From contig JAFZTO010000054.1 in NCBI GenBank assembly GCA_017618795.1, forward strand, positions 1 to 33,834: a stretch of 33,834 bases of DNA, read 5' to 3'. The notes below the pieces were generated by a model. It ran no database searches and was not told the origin of the DNA. It saw nothing but the letters and a program-made list of their open reading frames with translations. The position numbers and the translations under genes are program-made. Positions 1 through 8,575 of the stretch are shown in pieces (position 1 is the stretch's first letter; each line of letters starts with the position of its first letter). Source of the DNA: Clostridia bacterium (GTDB lineage Bacteria > Bacillota > Clostridia > Oscillospirales > CAG-272).

Positions 1-66
1 GTTTTCCTCGCCCTGAGACAGATCGGTGACAAACAGAAGCTCGTATTGTTCGTTTTTCATATCCAT
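1..66 (-). CDS. rpsF: 30S ribosomal protein S6, N-terminal fragment (runs off the window edge)
   Basis: The reverse strand reads MDMKNEQYELLFVTDLSQGEEN, matching the S6 N-terminal YE-hydrophobic-D pattern. A strong RBS (AAGGAGG) lies just upstream of the ATG at 66, and the leader resembles the rpsF leader. Only 22 codons are visible. Confidence 0.75.
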   Translation of the reverse strand, partial: MDMKNEQYELLFVTDLSQGEEN

Positions 67-130
67 TTTTATACCTCCTTATGGACATATGTCCTCCCGT
101 AAACTTTCCTGGAAGAAAGCAGGCAGAGAT
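67..130 (-). promoter_or_regulatory. Probable S6:S18 (rpsF) ribosomal protein leader
   Basis: The transcript reads UCUCUGCCUG-[CUUUC..GAAAG hairpin]-CGGGAG...GUCCAUAAGGAGG. The CCA-AAGGAGG end and pyrimidine-rich 5' strand resemble Firmicute rpsF leaders. Confidence 0.5.
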
Positions 131-326
131 CTATTTGACGGCTACGCTCAAACGTACGACATTTTGTGCAAACATTAAAAATGTGCCACACCCGTTTTGA
201 GTGGAAAGAACAAAAAATCAAGCATGTCAATCCAACCGAAAGGGGGAGCGGAGCGGTACGAAAGTTCTTGCCAAGCTTCTTACAAGAAGCGGGAGGAAAG
301 GAGAAATCGCTGTTTCTCTATTGTAT

Positions 327-355
327 ATTATATCACATTTTTTTTCATTTGTCAA
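327..355 (-). promoter_or_regulatory. sigmaA promoter for rpsF
   Basis: Minus strand TTGACA-17 bp-TATAAT with TGn extended -10; perfect consensus. Confidence 0.85.
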
Positions 356-387
356 CCCGCTTCTTGAAAAAAGCCTGACGCGAGCCC

Positions 388-446
388 AAAAAACCGCTTT
401 GCCCGTCTCCGGGGGCCTTTGCGGCAGCCGAGCAAAATGCTTTTTT
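388..446 (-). terminator. Possible terminator after the DUF1667 gene
   Basis: Minus-strand TTTGCTCG...CGGGCAAA stem followed by GCGGTTTTTT. The loop is long, so support is weak. Confidence 0.35.
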
Positions 447-463
447 CAAAAAACGGGAAAACC

Positions 464-808
464 TCACATATCTCTAGTGGCTATGACGTCCGCGCCGGTT
501 CCGGCGGCGTTTGCGACGATGACGTCGCCGGTTTTGACCGGGGATTTTACGGTCAGGCCGTCAAGCGTTCTTACGACATCGGACATCTTACCCTTCGGCA
601 CGGGCCGGGAGGTCTTTACAGGCAGACGACGGTGTATCCCCCCCTCGATGGCCACGGTGCTTGTTACCGTGCGGACGGGGTTGAGCAGTTCGTTTCTGCC
701 GTATTCGGCTCCGCGCGGGCAGGAATTGCCGGAGACTACGTATCCGTTCTCCTCGTCGACCTTCAGTCGGCAGCCCTTGGGGCATACTATGCATATGAGT
801 TCTGTCAT
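464..808 (-). CDS. DUF1667 domain protein (CxxCPxGC, CxRG; small metal-binding partner of the GlpA-like pair)
   Basis: CIVCPKGC, GNSCPRG, P.RTVTSTV and RLPVKT motifs. It overlaps the upstream stop by 4 bp and is the usual third gene of this triad. Confidence 0.88.
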   Translation of the reverse strand: MTELICIVCPKGCRLKVDEENGYVVSGNSCPRGAEYGRNELLNPVRTVTSTVAIEGGIHRRLPVKTSRPVPKGKMSDVVRTLDGLTVKSPVKTGDVIVANAAGTGADVIATRDM

Positions 809-2055
809 GACAGCACCTCGGTTGCGACGGTTATCTCTCCGTCGGATTTTTTCAATACGGACATCGGCACAACGATGTGCTCCATCTCGCCGGGGGCCAT
901 GTGCCCGCGTCTGAAGGAGAGCAGCTTTTCGCCGTGCGACAGCACGTGTATCACGCTGTCGTTCATTATCCTGTTCACGCGGAAGAAGATCCCGGCGGAC
1001 TTTTCGGTCTCGGATATGCGGACGCGCTGCGGGACGGTGTAGGTTACGCCGTCGCCGTTCAGGAGAGTTACCGTTCTGCCGGTTTTTTCGCCGCTCAGCG
1101 CGTACTGAGCCGCGGCTTTGCCTGCCCTCGCGCTTTCGGCGGTCACGTAGTCGACGAGATCGTGGACGTGAACGACGTTTCCGCAGGCAAATATCCCTTC
1201 GGCGTCCGTTTCCATGTTCTCGTATACAACCGCGCCGTTTGTGCGCGGATCGAGCGTAATGCCGGCCTCTTTTGTCAGCTCGTTTTCGGGAATAAGTCCA
1301 ACGGACAGCAGTACGGTGTCGCAGTCGAATTCCGTTTCGGTCCCCGGGATCGGACGGCGGTTCCGGTCTACCCGGGCCACGGTCACCTTTTCGACGCGAT
1401 TTCTGCCCTGAATGTTAACTATCGTATGCGACAGGTAGAGGGGTATGTCGAAGTCGTTCAGGCACTGCGCGATGTTGCGGCTCAGTCCTCCCGAGTATGG
1501 CATGACCTCCACGCACGCAAGCACCTTCGCGCCCTCGAGCGTCATGCGGCGCGCCATGATGAGGCCGATGTCGCCGCTGCCGAGGATGATAACGCGTTTC
1601 CCTACCATATACCCCTCGATGTTAAGGTAACGCTGGGCAGTGCCGGCGGTGAAAACGCCCGCCGGGCGGTCTCCGGGGATGGCTATGGCGCCCCGGGTGC
1701 GCTCGCGGCAGCCCATTGCCAGCACGACGGCTTTGCCTTTATATGTGACAAGGCCGTCGGAGGTGTTGACGCAGGCTACTTCCCTGTTCTTCGAGACGCT
1801 CAGCACCATGGTGTCGAGTCTGACCTCGACTCCTGTTGAGGCGAGCATTTTTTCAAATCTTCCGGCGTACTCGGGGCCGGTCAGCTCCTCTTTGAAATAG
1901 TGAAGCCCGAATCCGTTGTGCACGCACTGGTTGAGAATGCCGCCGAGTTCCTTGTCCCGCTCGATGACGAGGACTTTTTTCGCGCCGTTTTCCCAGGCAG
2001 AGCAGGCCGCCGACAGCCCCGCCGGGCCGCCGCCGATAACTATAACGTCATACAT
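805..2055 (-). CDS. NAD(P)/FAD-dependent oxidoreductase (pyridine nucleotide-disulfide family)
   Basis: GGGPAG Rossmann motif, GGILNQC.HNGFG, second GSGDIG motif, GIFACGNV.HVHD. Confidence 0.92.
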   Translation of the reverse strand: MYDVIVIGGGPAGLSAACSAWENGAKKVLVIERDKELGGILNQCVHNGFGLHYFKEELTGPEYAGRFEKMLASTGVEVRLDTMVLSVSKNREVACVNTSDGLVTYKGKAVVLAMGCRERTRGAIAIPGDRPAGVFTAGTAQRYLNIEGYMVGKRVIILGSGDIGLIMARRMTLEGAKVLACVEVMPYSGGLSRNIAQCLNDFDIPLYLSHTIVNIQGRNRVEKVTVARVDRNRRPIPGTETEFDCDTVLLSVGLIPENELTKEAGITLDPRTNGAVVYENMETDAEGIFACGNVVHVHDLVDYVTAESARAGKAAAQYALSGEKTGRTVTLLNGDGVTYTVPQRVRISETEKSAGIFFRVNRIMNDSVIHVLSHGEKLLSFRRGHMAPGEMEHIVVPMSVLKKSDGEITVATEVLS

Positions 2056-3481
2056 TGTCCGCCTCCTTTGTCTGCCCGTACAGGATGTAGCTGCCGGCTT
2101 TGTCCTTCAGCACCCCGAGGGGGTTCATCCCAGTTTCGCGGCAGATGATCTCCAACACTCTCGGGCCGCAGAAGCCGCCCTGACAGCGTCCCATACCGGC
2201 GTTCGCGCGGCGTTTCACGCCGTCCACGGTGCGGGCCGGGACCGGCGAGCGGAGAGCCTGCACTATTTCCGCCTCGGTCACTGTCTCGCAGCGGCATATC
2301 ACGCGGCCGTAGAGCGGGTTTTTGCGGATGAGCTCTCTCTTTTTTTCGTCCGTCTGGTCCTTAAAGACCACGTGTTCGCGGTCGGTGACCGGGTTTTCCT
2401 TTTTTTCAAGCTCCGCGCCGCAGTCGAGCAGAAGGCGTATCGCTTCGTCGGCTATCGCCGGAGCTGCCGAGAGACCGGGGGATTTTATTCCGCCGAGGTC
2501 GATGAAATTGGGTGCGGCGATCCCGATGATAAAATCGTCCCTGTCCGTATTCGCGCGTATGCCGGCGAAGGTGCGTATCGCGTTCCGGAAGTTTATTCCG
2601 GGTACGCTTTCAAGCGCCGTGGCTTTTACGTATTCGAGCCTGTCGCTTTCGGTATTCACGCGTTCCCTGCTCCCCGGCGAGGCGTCCGGCCCCACGATGA
2701 GGTTGCCGTGAACGGTCGGGGAGACGAGCACGCCCTTTCCGGCCTTTGTCGGGCACCGGAAAAGAGTGCGGGACGTTATTTTTCCCTCCGATTTGTCCAT
2801 CAGCCAGTACTGACCCTTGCTCGGAAGCGTACGGAACGAAGGCTCGGCGACCATGTTGTGAATGAGGTCTGAGTTCACTCCGGCGGCGTTGACCACATAT
2901 TTTGCCCTGATCTGCCTATCCCCGCAGGAAAGGAGCCACGTCCCATTTTCGCAGGATATGGAGCTTACCTCCGTTTCAAGCGAGAAAACGCATCCGTTGA
3001 GGGCGGCGACCTCCGCCATGGCGATGGCGTACTCCCACGGATTCACTATTCCGGACGAGGGCGCGTACAGGGCGCCCGTCACCGTGTCGCTTATGCCGGG
3101 TTCAAGCTCCCGCGCCTGTCTGCCGTCGAGAACGCGACGACCGGGGACGCCGTTTTTCACGCCCCTGTCGTAAAGCCTGTTTACGGTTTCTGTATCCTCC
3201 TCGCCGAATGCAAGAACCAGCGAGCCGGTGTTTTTATAGTGCACGCCGAGCCTTCTGCACAGTTCGGGTGTCTGCCTTGTCCCTTCCACGTTCAGGCGCG
3301 CCATGAGCGTCCCGGGTTCGGGATCGAAGCCCGCGTGAATTATGGCGCTGTTGGCGCGCGTGGCGCCGAGAGCCACGTCGTTCTCCTTCTCTATCACGCA
3401 GATTTTCAAATCGTACATCGAAAGTTTGTACGCGACGGCGCATCCGATTATGCCTCCGCCGATTATTGCCACGTCAAACAT
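2048..3481 (-). CDS. GlpA/LhgO-like FAD-dependent oxidoreductase with C-terminal BFD-like [2Fe-2S] domain (likely glycerol-3-phosphate dehydrogenase)
   Basis: GGGIIG, ANSAIIHAG, KG.Y, GIKSPGL.AAPAI; C-terminal ICRCE...GRCQGGFC. Confidence 0.9.
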   Translation of the reverse strand: MFDVAIIGGGIIGCAVAYKLSMYDLKICVIEKENDVALGATRANSAIIHAGFDPEPGTLMARLNVEGTRQTPELCRRLGVHYKNTGSLVLAFGEEDTETVNRLYDRGVKNGVPGRRVLDGRQARELEPGISDTVTGALYAPSSGIVNPWEYAIAMAEVAALNGCVFSLETEVSSISCENGTWLLSCGDRQIRAKYVVNAAGVNSDLIHNMVAEPSFRTLPSKGQYWLMDKSEGKITSRTLFRCPTKAGKGVLVSPTVHGNLIVGPDASPGSRERVNTESDRLEYVKATALESVPGINFRNAIRTFAGIRANTDRDDFIIGIAAPNFIDLGGIKSPGLSAAPAIADEAIRLLLDCGAELEKKENPVTDREHVVFKDQTDEKKRELIRKNPLYGRVICRCETVTEAEIVQALRSPVPARTVDGVKRRANAGMGRCQGGFCGPRVLEIICRETGMNPLGVLKDKAGSYILYGQTKEADNV

Positions 3482-3508
3482 ATGTTTCCTCTGTAAAAAT
3501 CCTTTTCA

Positions 3509-4831
3509 TCAGTGTACCGCCTTCTTTTCCGGCAGGGCTAGACCCTCGTAAAGTCCGGATTCCCACGGAAAGTTTTTCCAGATGTTGTAGTGCAGGCGGT
3601 GCATTTCCTCCGTAATCAGCAGAAGCTTGCCGGTTACCGGCTGCTCCGGGTAAAATTCGTACCAGTCGCCGTTTACGTACAGGCCGAAAACATCAGTTGC
3701 CCTTTCGATAACGAGAGAATAGACGTTTTCGTAGCTTAGCTCGAAACTGAAATCCTCGCTGAATTTTACGCCGGTAAAATGTATTCCCCTGTGATCGAAG
3801 GTTATGAACCCCTGCCCGCACGGGACCGTCGTTTTGGTTTTGTCCTTAACGTATCTGTACGGCGGCTGAAAACCGAAGCCGACATTTACTCCGAAGGAAT
3901 AGTTCTCGTCTTCGCGGATCTCTCTGATTATCTCCCTGCGCTCGTTCCTGACCCATTCGGAAGGGGATACGGGGACAACGTCGTCCGGACCCAGCTTTTC
4001 AAATTCGTAATAAGTGTTGAGGCGCGCGCCGTTTCCGCATTTTTCGCAGCGTATCGTGTCGCCCTTCGCGGTCATGGTAAAGTCGGAGCCGCATTTCGGG
4101 CATCTGAAACAGATGTCGGACAGTCTTTCGCAGCTGTTCTCCATTTTCGTCCATCTTATGTGCTGCTCTCTGCCCCAGAGGTAATCGTCGTGGCGGAAGG
4201 TCTCGTTCAGCCTGTCCTCGATCTCCCGGTCGCTCATCTTCTTCAGATCCTCGGGAGAGAAAAGCAGCTTCATCGTGGCATAGGTAGCGCCGATGCGCTC
4301 GTCGAGGCAAACCTTGGTGTTGGTCAGGTACTGTCCGCGCATTTCCATGTAGTAAACGGGGATGCCGTAATGCTTCAGATAGTGTCCGGAGCCGGGCACC
4401 ACCGGCTGGTTGGTTCCGTAGATTGAACTCATTCCCTCGGGAGAGAAGGCTACGACGCCGCCCTGGTTTATTATCGATTGCATGGCCTTCATGCCCGGTA
4501 TGTCGACGGTGAATATCTTCTTCGGCAGGCACTGGTTGAGTCTGAAGACCGCGTGCAGGTGGCTGCGGAAGAACTCGGCGTAGCCAGCGACGATATTTAT
4601 TTTTCTCGGATACGCAGCCTCTATCAGGTACGAATGATCTAGCCTTGAAAGGTGGTTCCAGATGAGGAAACAGGGGCCTTTACATTCGTTTATGTCGTTT
4701 TCTATGCGGATGTGCGGCCTGTATTTGCGGAGAATGAATACCTTTGAGAGCAGGTAGTAAAGCCAGTACAGAAAGGCGTTAGGCTGGTGATATTTACGTT
4801 CTCTGAGCTTCTGCTGAAGTGTCTTTTTCAT
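3509..4831 (-). CDS. Lysophospholipid/1-acylglycerol-3-phosphate acyltransferase (PlsC family) with Zn-ribbon and C-terminal extension
   Basis: NHLSRLD (HX4D), SPEG and CPKC...CEKC. I moved the start to the ATG at 4831 because a perfect promoter lies at 4923-4951, inside the longer called ORF. Confidence 0.85.
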   Translation of the reverse strand: MKKTLQQKLRERKYHQPNAFLYWLYYLLSKVFILRKYRPHIRIENDINECKGPCFLIWNHLSRLDHSYLIEAAYPRKINIVAGYAEFFRSHLHAVFRLNQCLPKKIFTVDIPGMKAMQSIINQGGVVAFSPEGMSSIYGTNQPVVPGSGHYLKHYGIPVYYMEMRGQYLTNTKVCLDERIGATYATMKLLFSPEDLKKMSDREIEDRLNETFRHDDYLWGREQHIRWTKMENSCERLSDICFRCPKCGSDFTMTAKGDTIRCEKCGNGARLNTYYEFEKLGPDDVVPVSPSEWVRNERREIIREIREDENYSFGVNVGFGFQPPYRYVKDKTKTTVPCGQGFITFDHRGIHFTGVKFSEDFSFELSYENVYSLVIERATDVFGLYVNGDWYEFYPEQPVTGKLLLITEEMHRLHYNIWKNFPWESGLYEGLALPEKKAVH

Positions 4832-4922
4832 TGTTGCGTTGGTTTTCCTGAAATGTATATTTTTACTGCCGGGTTGCGTTCCGGCGCGTCCCGCAATGTT
4901 TTCATCATTGCCAAACCATATA

Positions 4923-4951
4923 ATTATACCATTTATTCCCCCGTTTGTCAA
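4923..4951 (-). promoter_or_regulatory. sigmaA promoter for the acyltransferase/glpA-like operon
   Basis: Minus strand TTGACA-17 bp-TATAAT with TGn. Confidence 0.85.
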
Positions 4952-5015
4952 CCTTCTTTTCTGAAAGAAAGACGCGCCAACCCCCAAAGCCCGATTCCTC
5001 GTTTCGGGGAATCCC

Positions 5016-5179
5016 GTCGGCAAAGATTTTTGTATGCTGTCGTTCGTACTTTTTAAGAGATTACAGATTTTGAAATACACAACTCCTGTTTTAAAAAAGG
5101 CCGGAGTTTTAATTTTAAAGATTGTTCTTACAGACGGGCGGCGAGGTGAAGCGTACAAAAGTTTTTGTCCGGCTTTTTT
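5016..5179 (+). ncRNA. Candidate rod-shaped structured RNA of unknown family
   Basis: 5019-5038 pairs with 5150-5169 (20 bp), 5039-5047 with 5134-5142, 5054-5059 with 5125-5130, and 5081-5086 with 5103-5108. The non-Watson-Crick positions in these stems are G.U on the + strand. A U6 tract follows at 5174-5179. Confidence 0.45.
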
Positions 5180-5230
5180 CAAAAAGCCCGAGGCAACGCG
5201 GAGTTGCGCAAAAAGAATATCTCCGGTTGC

Positions 5231-5259
5231 TTGTAATGATACGCGATATGCCGTATAAT
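5231..5259 (+). promoter_or_regulatory. Upstream sigmaA-like promoter (P1) for the beta-helix operon
   Basis: TTGTAA-17 bp-TATAAT. Confidence 0.55.
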
Positions 5260-5288
5260 TATTGTTGTGACGAAAAAAGGCGTAATGC

Positions 5289-5317
5289 TTGACATTTTCC
5301 GGCATATATGATATAAT
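5289..5317 (+). promoter_or_regulatory. sigmaA promoter (P2) for the beta-helix operon
   Basis: TTGACA-17 bp-TATAAT with TGn. Confidence 0.85.
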
Positions 5318-5351
5318 ATTTCCGATTTATTAATCAAAAGGGAAAACTTTT

Positions 5352-6854
5352 ATGAAAAAACATCTTTACAGGGGGATAGTTGTTATGCTGACAGCGCTTG
5401 TTCTGACCGCTGTCGGAGGCTCCGCCGTTTCTTCTCCGCAGACGGCAAGGGAGAGCGCGGCGGTTCTGTACGGGCTTGACGCAGCAAAGCTCGGCGCCGC
5501 CGGGGACGGGAAAACCGACAACACTCAGATACTGAAAACCATTATTTCCGAAAACTGCGCGGACGGGGGGATGGTGTATTTTCCCGACGGAGTTTACCGT
5601 ATAGACGGCAAGCTGCTCATACCGGAGGAAACCGAGCTGTGCTTTTCGCCCGGCGCCTCCCTGCTTCTCGGGGACGACGCTGTTCTGACCGTCAACGGGA
5701 CAGTGACGGCCGGGCACAGCACTGTTTTTTCCGGCGGGGGAAGGATAACGGGAATGGGAAAGATCCCTGTAGGCGATCCGTGCTGGTTCGGTGCGAAGGG
5801 CGACGGTAAGACAGACGACACGCAGGCCTTCCAGAAGACCATAGATCTTTTCAGAGAGATTCTCGTCCCGTACAGCGGGGAAGGCTACGTTATAAGCAAC
5901 CTTAAGATCAGCAGACAGTACACCTTCTTCCACGGCGAAAGCCCTGAGCGCAAGGCGAAGCTGGTAGCGACTTCCGGAACAGAAAACCTTATCACGATTT
6001 GCGCGAGCAATATAGACGTGCAGTACCTGTCTTTTGAAATGGGCGCGTCTCCGAAGGGGACCTGCCTCTTTTACGACGACAGCGGCGCGGTGGGCTTCGA
6101 GCTCTGCAACGCAAGGTACATAGACGCCTCCGACGCCTGGTGCGTGGTGCGCGACGCAGACCACCCGACGAATCTCATCGTAACGAGCAAATTCGAGAAT
6201 TTCAGATGTATAAACGGCAGGGGTACGGCGATAAGCGTCTCCGACATGTGGGGCTTCATTTTCATGTCTGACATGGTGCTTGACTATTCGGGAACCGCGG
6301 AAAGGCACGGGATAAAGGTCGGTTTCCCGGGCTTTAAAATGAAGGACAATGCCGGGGCGCTTATAACCAACGTAAAGGTGATCGGAGAACCGAAAGGGAA
6401 CGCCGAGGGGCACGGCTTTCAGTTCCATTCAAGCGCAGCCGTGTGGATGAGGGAGATATCTGCCGAGAACTGCTCCGGGTGCGGCATCGACATATCCGCA
6501 AGCTGGGCCTATCTGCTGAACAGCAGCATCAGAAACTGCAACGGAACGGGGGTATACGCGACGAGGTGCTTTACCCTTCAGATAGAGAACACAGACATTA
6601 TCTGTCCCGATAATCACTCCTCCGACCTGAACGGGATTTTCTTCGGGAACGGCTCACACAACCAGATATGCAACGTCAGGATAACCGGCGCGGGGGCAAA
6701 CGGGGTGTTTATACAGGGAGCGACCAACAATACCGTATGCGGCCTCAAAGCTGACTCGTGCGGCGGATACGGTTTGCTGGACTACGGAGCGCTCACGGCG
6801 GTTTCGGGTCTGTCGGGAGAGGGAAACGGGAAAGGCCTGCTCGGAAAAAGGTGA
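5352..6854 (+). CDS. Secreted right-handed beta-helix protein (pectate_lyase_3/GH28-related N-cap)
   Basis: N-terminal signal peptide, two caps (GAAGDGKTDNT and GAKGDGKTDDT), VYFPDGVY, and Asn/Gly/Cys-rich beta-helix repeats. Confidence 0.82.
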   Translation: MKKHLYRGIVVMLTALVLTAVGGSAVSSPQTARESAAVLYGLDAAKLGAAGDGKTDNTQILKTIISENCADGGMVYFPDGVYRIDGKLLIPEETELCFSPGASLLLGDDAVLTVNGTVTAGHSTVFSGGGRITGMGKIPVGDPCWFGAKGDGKTDDTQAFQKTIDLFREILVPYSGEGYVISNLKISRQYTFFHGESPERKAKLVATSGTENLITICASNIDVQYLSFEMGASPKGTCLFYDDSGAVGFELCNARYIDASDAWCVVRDADHPTNLIVTSKFENFRCINGRGTAISVSDMWGFIFMSDMVLDYSGTAERHGIKVGFPGFKMKDNAGALITNVKVIGEPKGNAEGHGFQFHSSAAVWMREISAENCSGCGIDISASWAYLLNSSIRNCNGTGVYATRCFTLQIENTDIICPDNHSSDLNGIFFGNGSHNQICNVRITGAGANGVFIQGATNNTVCGLKADSCGGYGLLDYGALTAVSGLSGEGNGKGLLGKR

Positions 6855-6863
6855 CTGCGAACA

Positions 6864-8555
6864 ATGAAGAAGACAATCATAACGTCGGTTCTTGCCGCGC
6901 TTCTGCTTCTTGCATCCTGCGGAGGGAATGCGCCAAAGGAGACCGAAAGCACTCAGGCTGAAACCGAATTTGTGCCTCCGGTCCTGCCGGACATCGGCAG
7001 CGCGACTCAGCGCAGACCGGACGAAAACGACAACGGAGCCGGGCAGTACGGCCCGAAGGAGGAAATATCCGGCATGGAAAAGACAGAGAAAAACACCGTT
7101 TCGCTCAGATCCTGCGGAGCGGCCGGAGACGGGACAAAGGACGACAGCGCCGCGCTGAAGAAGGCGCTGAAAAAGCTGCCGGACGGCGGCTTTGCCGTCA
7201 TTGAAAAAGGGACGTACAGACTCGCCTCGGATGTCGAGGTCGCCGGGAACGTGACTCTTGTATTCATGAGCGGCGCGAAGCTCTGTCCCGATGAGGGAAC
7301 GACCCTTACGGTAAAAGGCTTTGTCGACGCCGGTCAGTACAGGATATTCGAAGGCGAGGGAAAGGTTGCGGGCAGCATCAGGAGCGCCGGCTATCCCCAC
7401 TGGTTCGGAGAAATAGGCAAGGGAGACTCCAGCGCGGCTTTTCAGGCGGCGATCGACGCCTGCCGCGTTGTTAAAATACCGTACAGAAGCACTGCCTACA
7501 GAGTCTCGGATCTCGTTATCACGCATCCCGTGCGCATAGAAGGCGTCGGCTCCAAGCAGGTGCAGCTGAAAATCGCGACCGGAACCCCGACCTGCGTTTT
7601 TGACATACGGTCCTCCGACGTGTACATCGGCAATCTGAAAATTCAGGGAGACGCGAAGAAATCCTCGGTCTTCCTGTTCAACGACTCGGAAAGGGATCTG
7701 AACAACATTACTCTCTCGTCGGTCTGGGCATATGAACTCGGTTATTTCATCAGGGACACCGACACGGGCGGAAAGCACGTCATAAACAATGTAAATCTGC
7801 TCGACCTCAGAGGCGACGGATGCCGCATGACGGGCATACGTCTTACCGATTTCCGCTACGGGATACGGCTGAACTGTGTGCAGATACAGAACCTCGGCGC
7901 TCAGTACGACGTGAAGTATCCGGGCATGAGCTTCGACGGGGTGCTCGACATGTACATGACCGAGATAGACGTGACCGGACGCGGGCCGTCGAGCACAGGC
8001 GCCGGAGGGCTGGTCTTTAAAAACTGCAGCAACGTTACGTTGGAGCGCGCCGACATGGAGCAAATCTGCGGACACGCCATGTATCTTGAAAACTGCTCGG
8101 CCTTTTATATGAATCACTGGGTTAGCGGGATGTGGGATGTCGAATCGGTGAAAATGACCGGATGCCGCGACTGCGTATTTGACCTCTGGCTTATTATCGG
8201 GGAGAACCACAGCCTGGACAGAAGTGGGGCGAAGAAGTTCGGTGCCGGAGCCCTTAGGATAGAGAACTGTGAACATCTGACTTTCAACGCGCTCCACGTT
8301 CAGCGCGTATACGGCGACGGCGTCGTCATGTCTGACTGCTCGGGGAATGTTTTTAATTCTCTTACACTAACTCAGGTGAACGGCAGAGGAGCAGCTGAGG
8401 AGGGGGATTGCAAAAGCAATTTCTTCAACGCTCTGAGCATGAGCAGCGTCAAAGGCACAAACCTTATTCTTGTATCGGAAGGCAGTTGCGCAAACGGTGC
8501 CGTGCTGTCGGACGGGAAGAAACACGACCGCATCGGCGGTCAGTTTGAAAAATAA
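6864..8555 (+). CDS. Lipoprotein right-handed beta-helix protein, paralog of 5352..6854
   Basis: Lipobox LLLASC, GAAGDGTKDDS cap, a degenerate second cap P.WFG...DSSAAFQ, and the same domain order as its neighbour. Confidence 0.82.
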   Translation: MKKTIITSVLAALLLLASCGGNAPKETESTQAETEFVPPVLPDIGSATQRRPDENDNGAGQYGPKEEISGMEKTEKNTVSLRSCGAAGDGTKDDSAALKKALKKLPDGGFAVIEKGTYRLASDVEVAGNVTLVFMSGAKLCPDEGTTLTVKGFVDAGQYRIFEGEGKVAGSIRSAGYPHWFGEIGKGDSSAAFQAAIDACRVVKIPYRSTAYRVSDLVITHPVRIEGVGSKQVQLKIATGTPTCVFDIRSSDVYIGNLKIQGDAKKSSVFLFNDSERDLNNITLSSVWAYELGYFIRDTDTGGKHVINNVNLLDLRGDGCRMTGIRLTDFRYGIRLNCVQIQNLGAQYDVKYPGMSFDGVLDMYMTEIDVTGRGPSSTGAGGLVFKNCSNVTLERADMEQICGHAMYLENCSAFYMNHWVSGMWDVESVKMTGCRDCVFDLWLIIGENHSLDRSGAKKFGAGALRIENCEHLTFNALHVQRVYGDGVVMSDCSGNVFNSLTLTQVNGRGAAEEGDCKSNFFNALSMSSVKGTNLILVSEGSCANGAVLSDGKKHDRIGGQFEK

Positions 8556-8575
8556 ACAGAAATGGAATCGAAACG

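Noticed and set aside
166-1042. Plus-strand ORFs 166..378, 201..914 and 419..1042
   Set aside because: They are antisense to the rpsF leader/promoter and to well-supported genes, with no RBS or recognisable motifs.
5034-5258. 74-aa ORF inside the rod structure as a type I toxin
   Set aside because: No RBS, no clear TM helix, and it runs into the downstream promoter.
4832-5305. 158-aa N-terminal extension of the acyltransferase ORF
   Set aside because: It spans the gene's own consensus promoter and the divergent promoters, so it is probably an open frame by chance.
5334-8297. Long antisense ORFs (364 aa and 547 aa), and similar ones at 877..1839, 1916..2872, 16697..18529, 24308..25009 and 26064..26795
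   Set aside because: These are shadow frames expected from codon bias opposite real genes; they show no family motifs.
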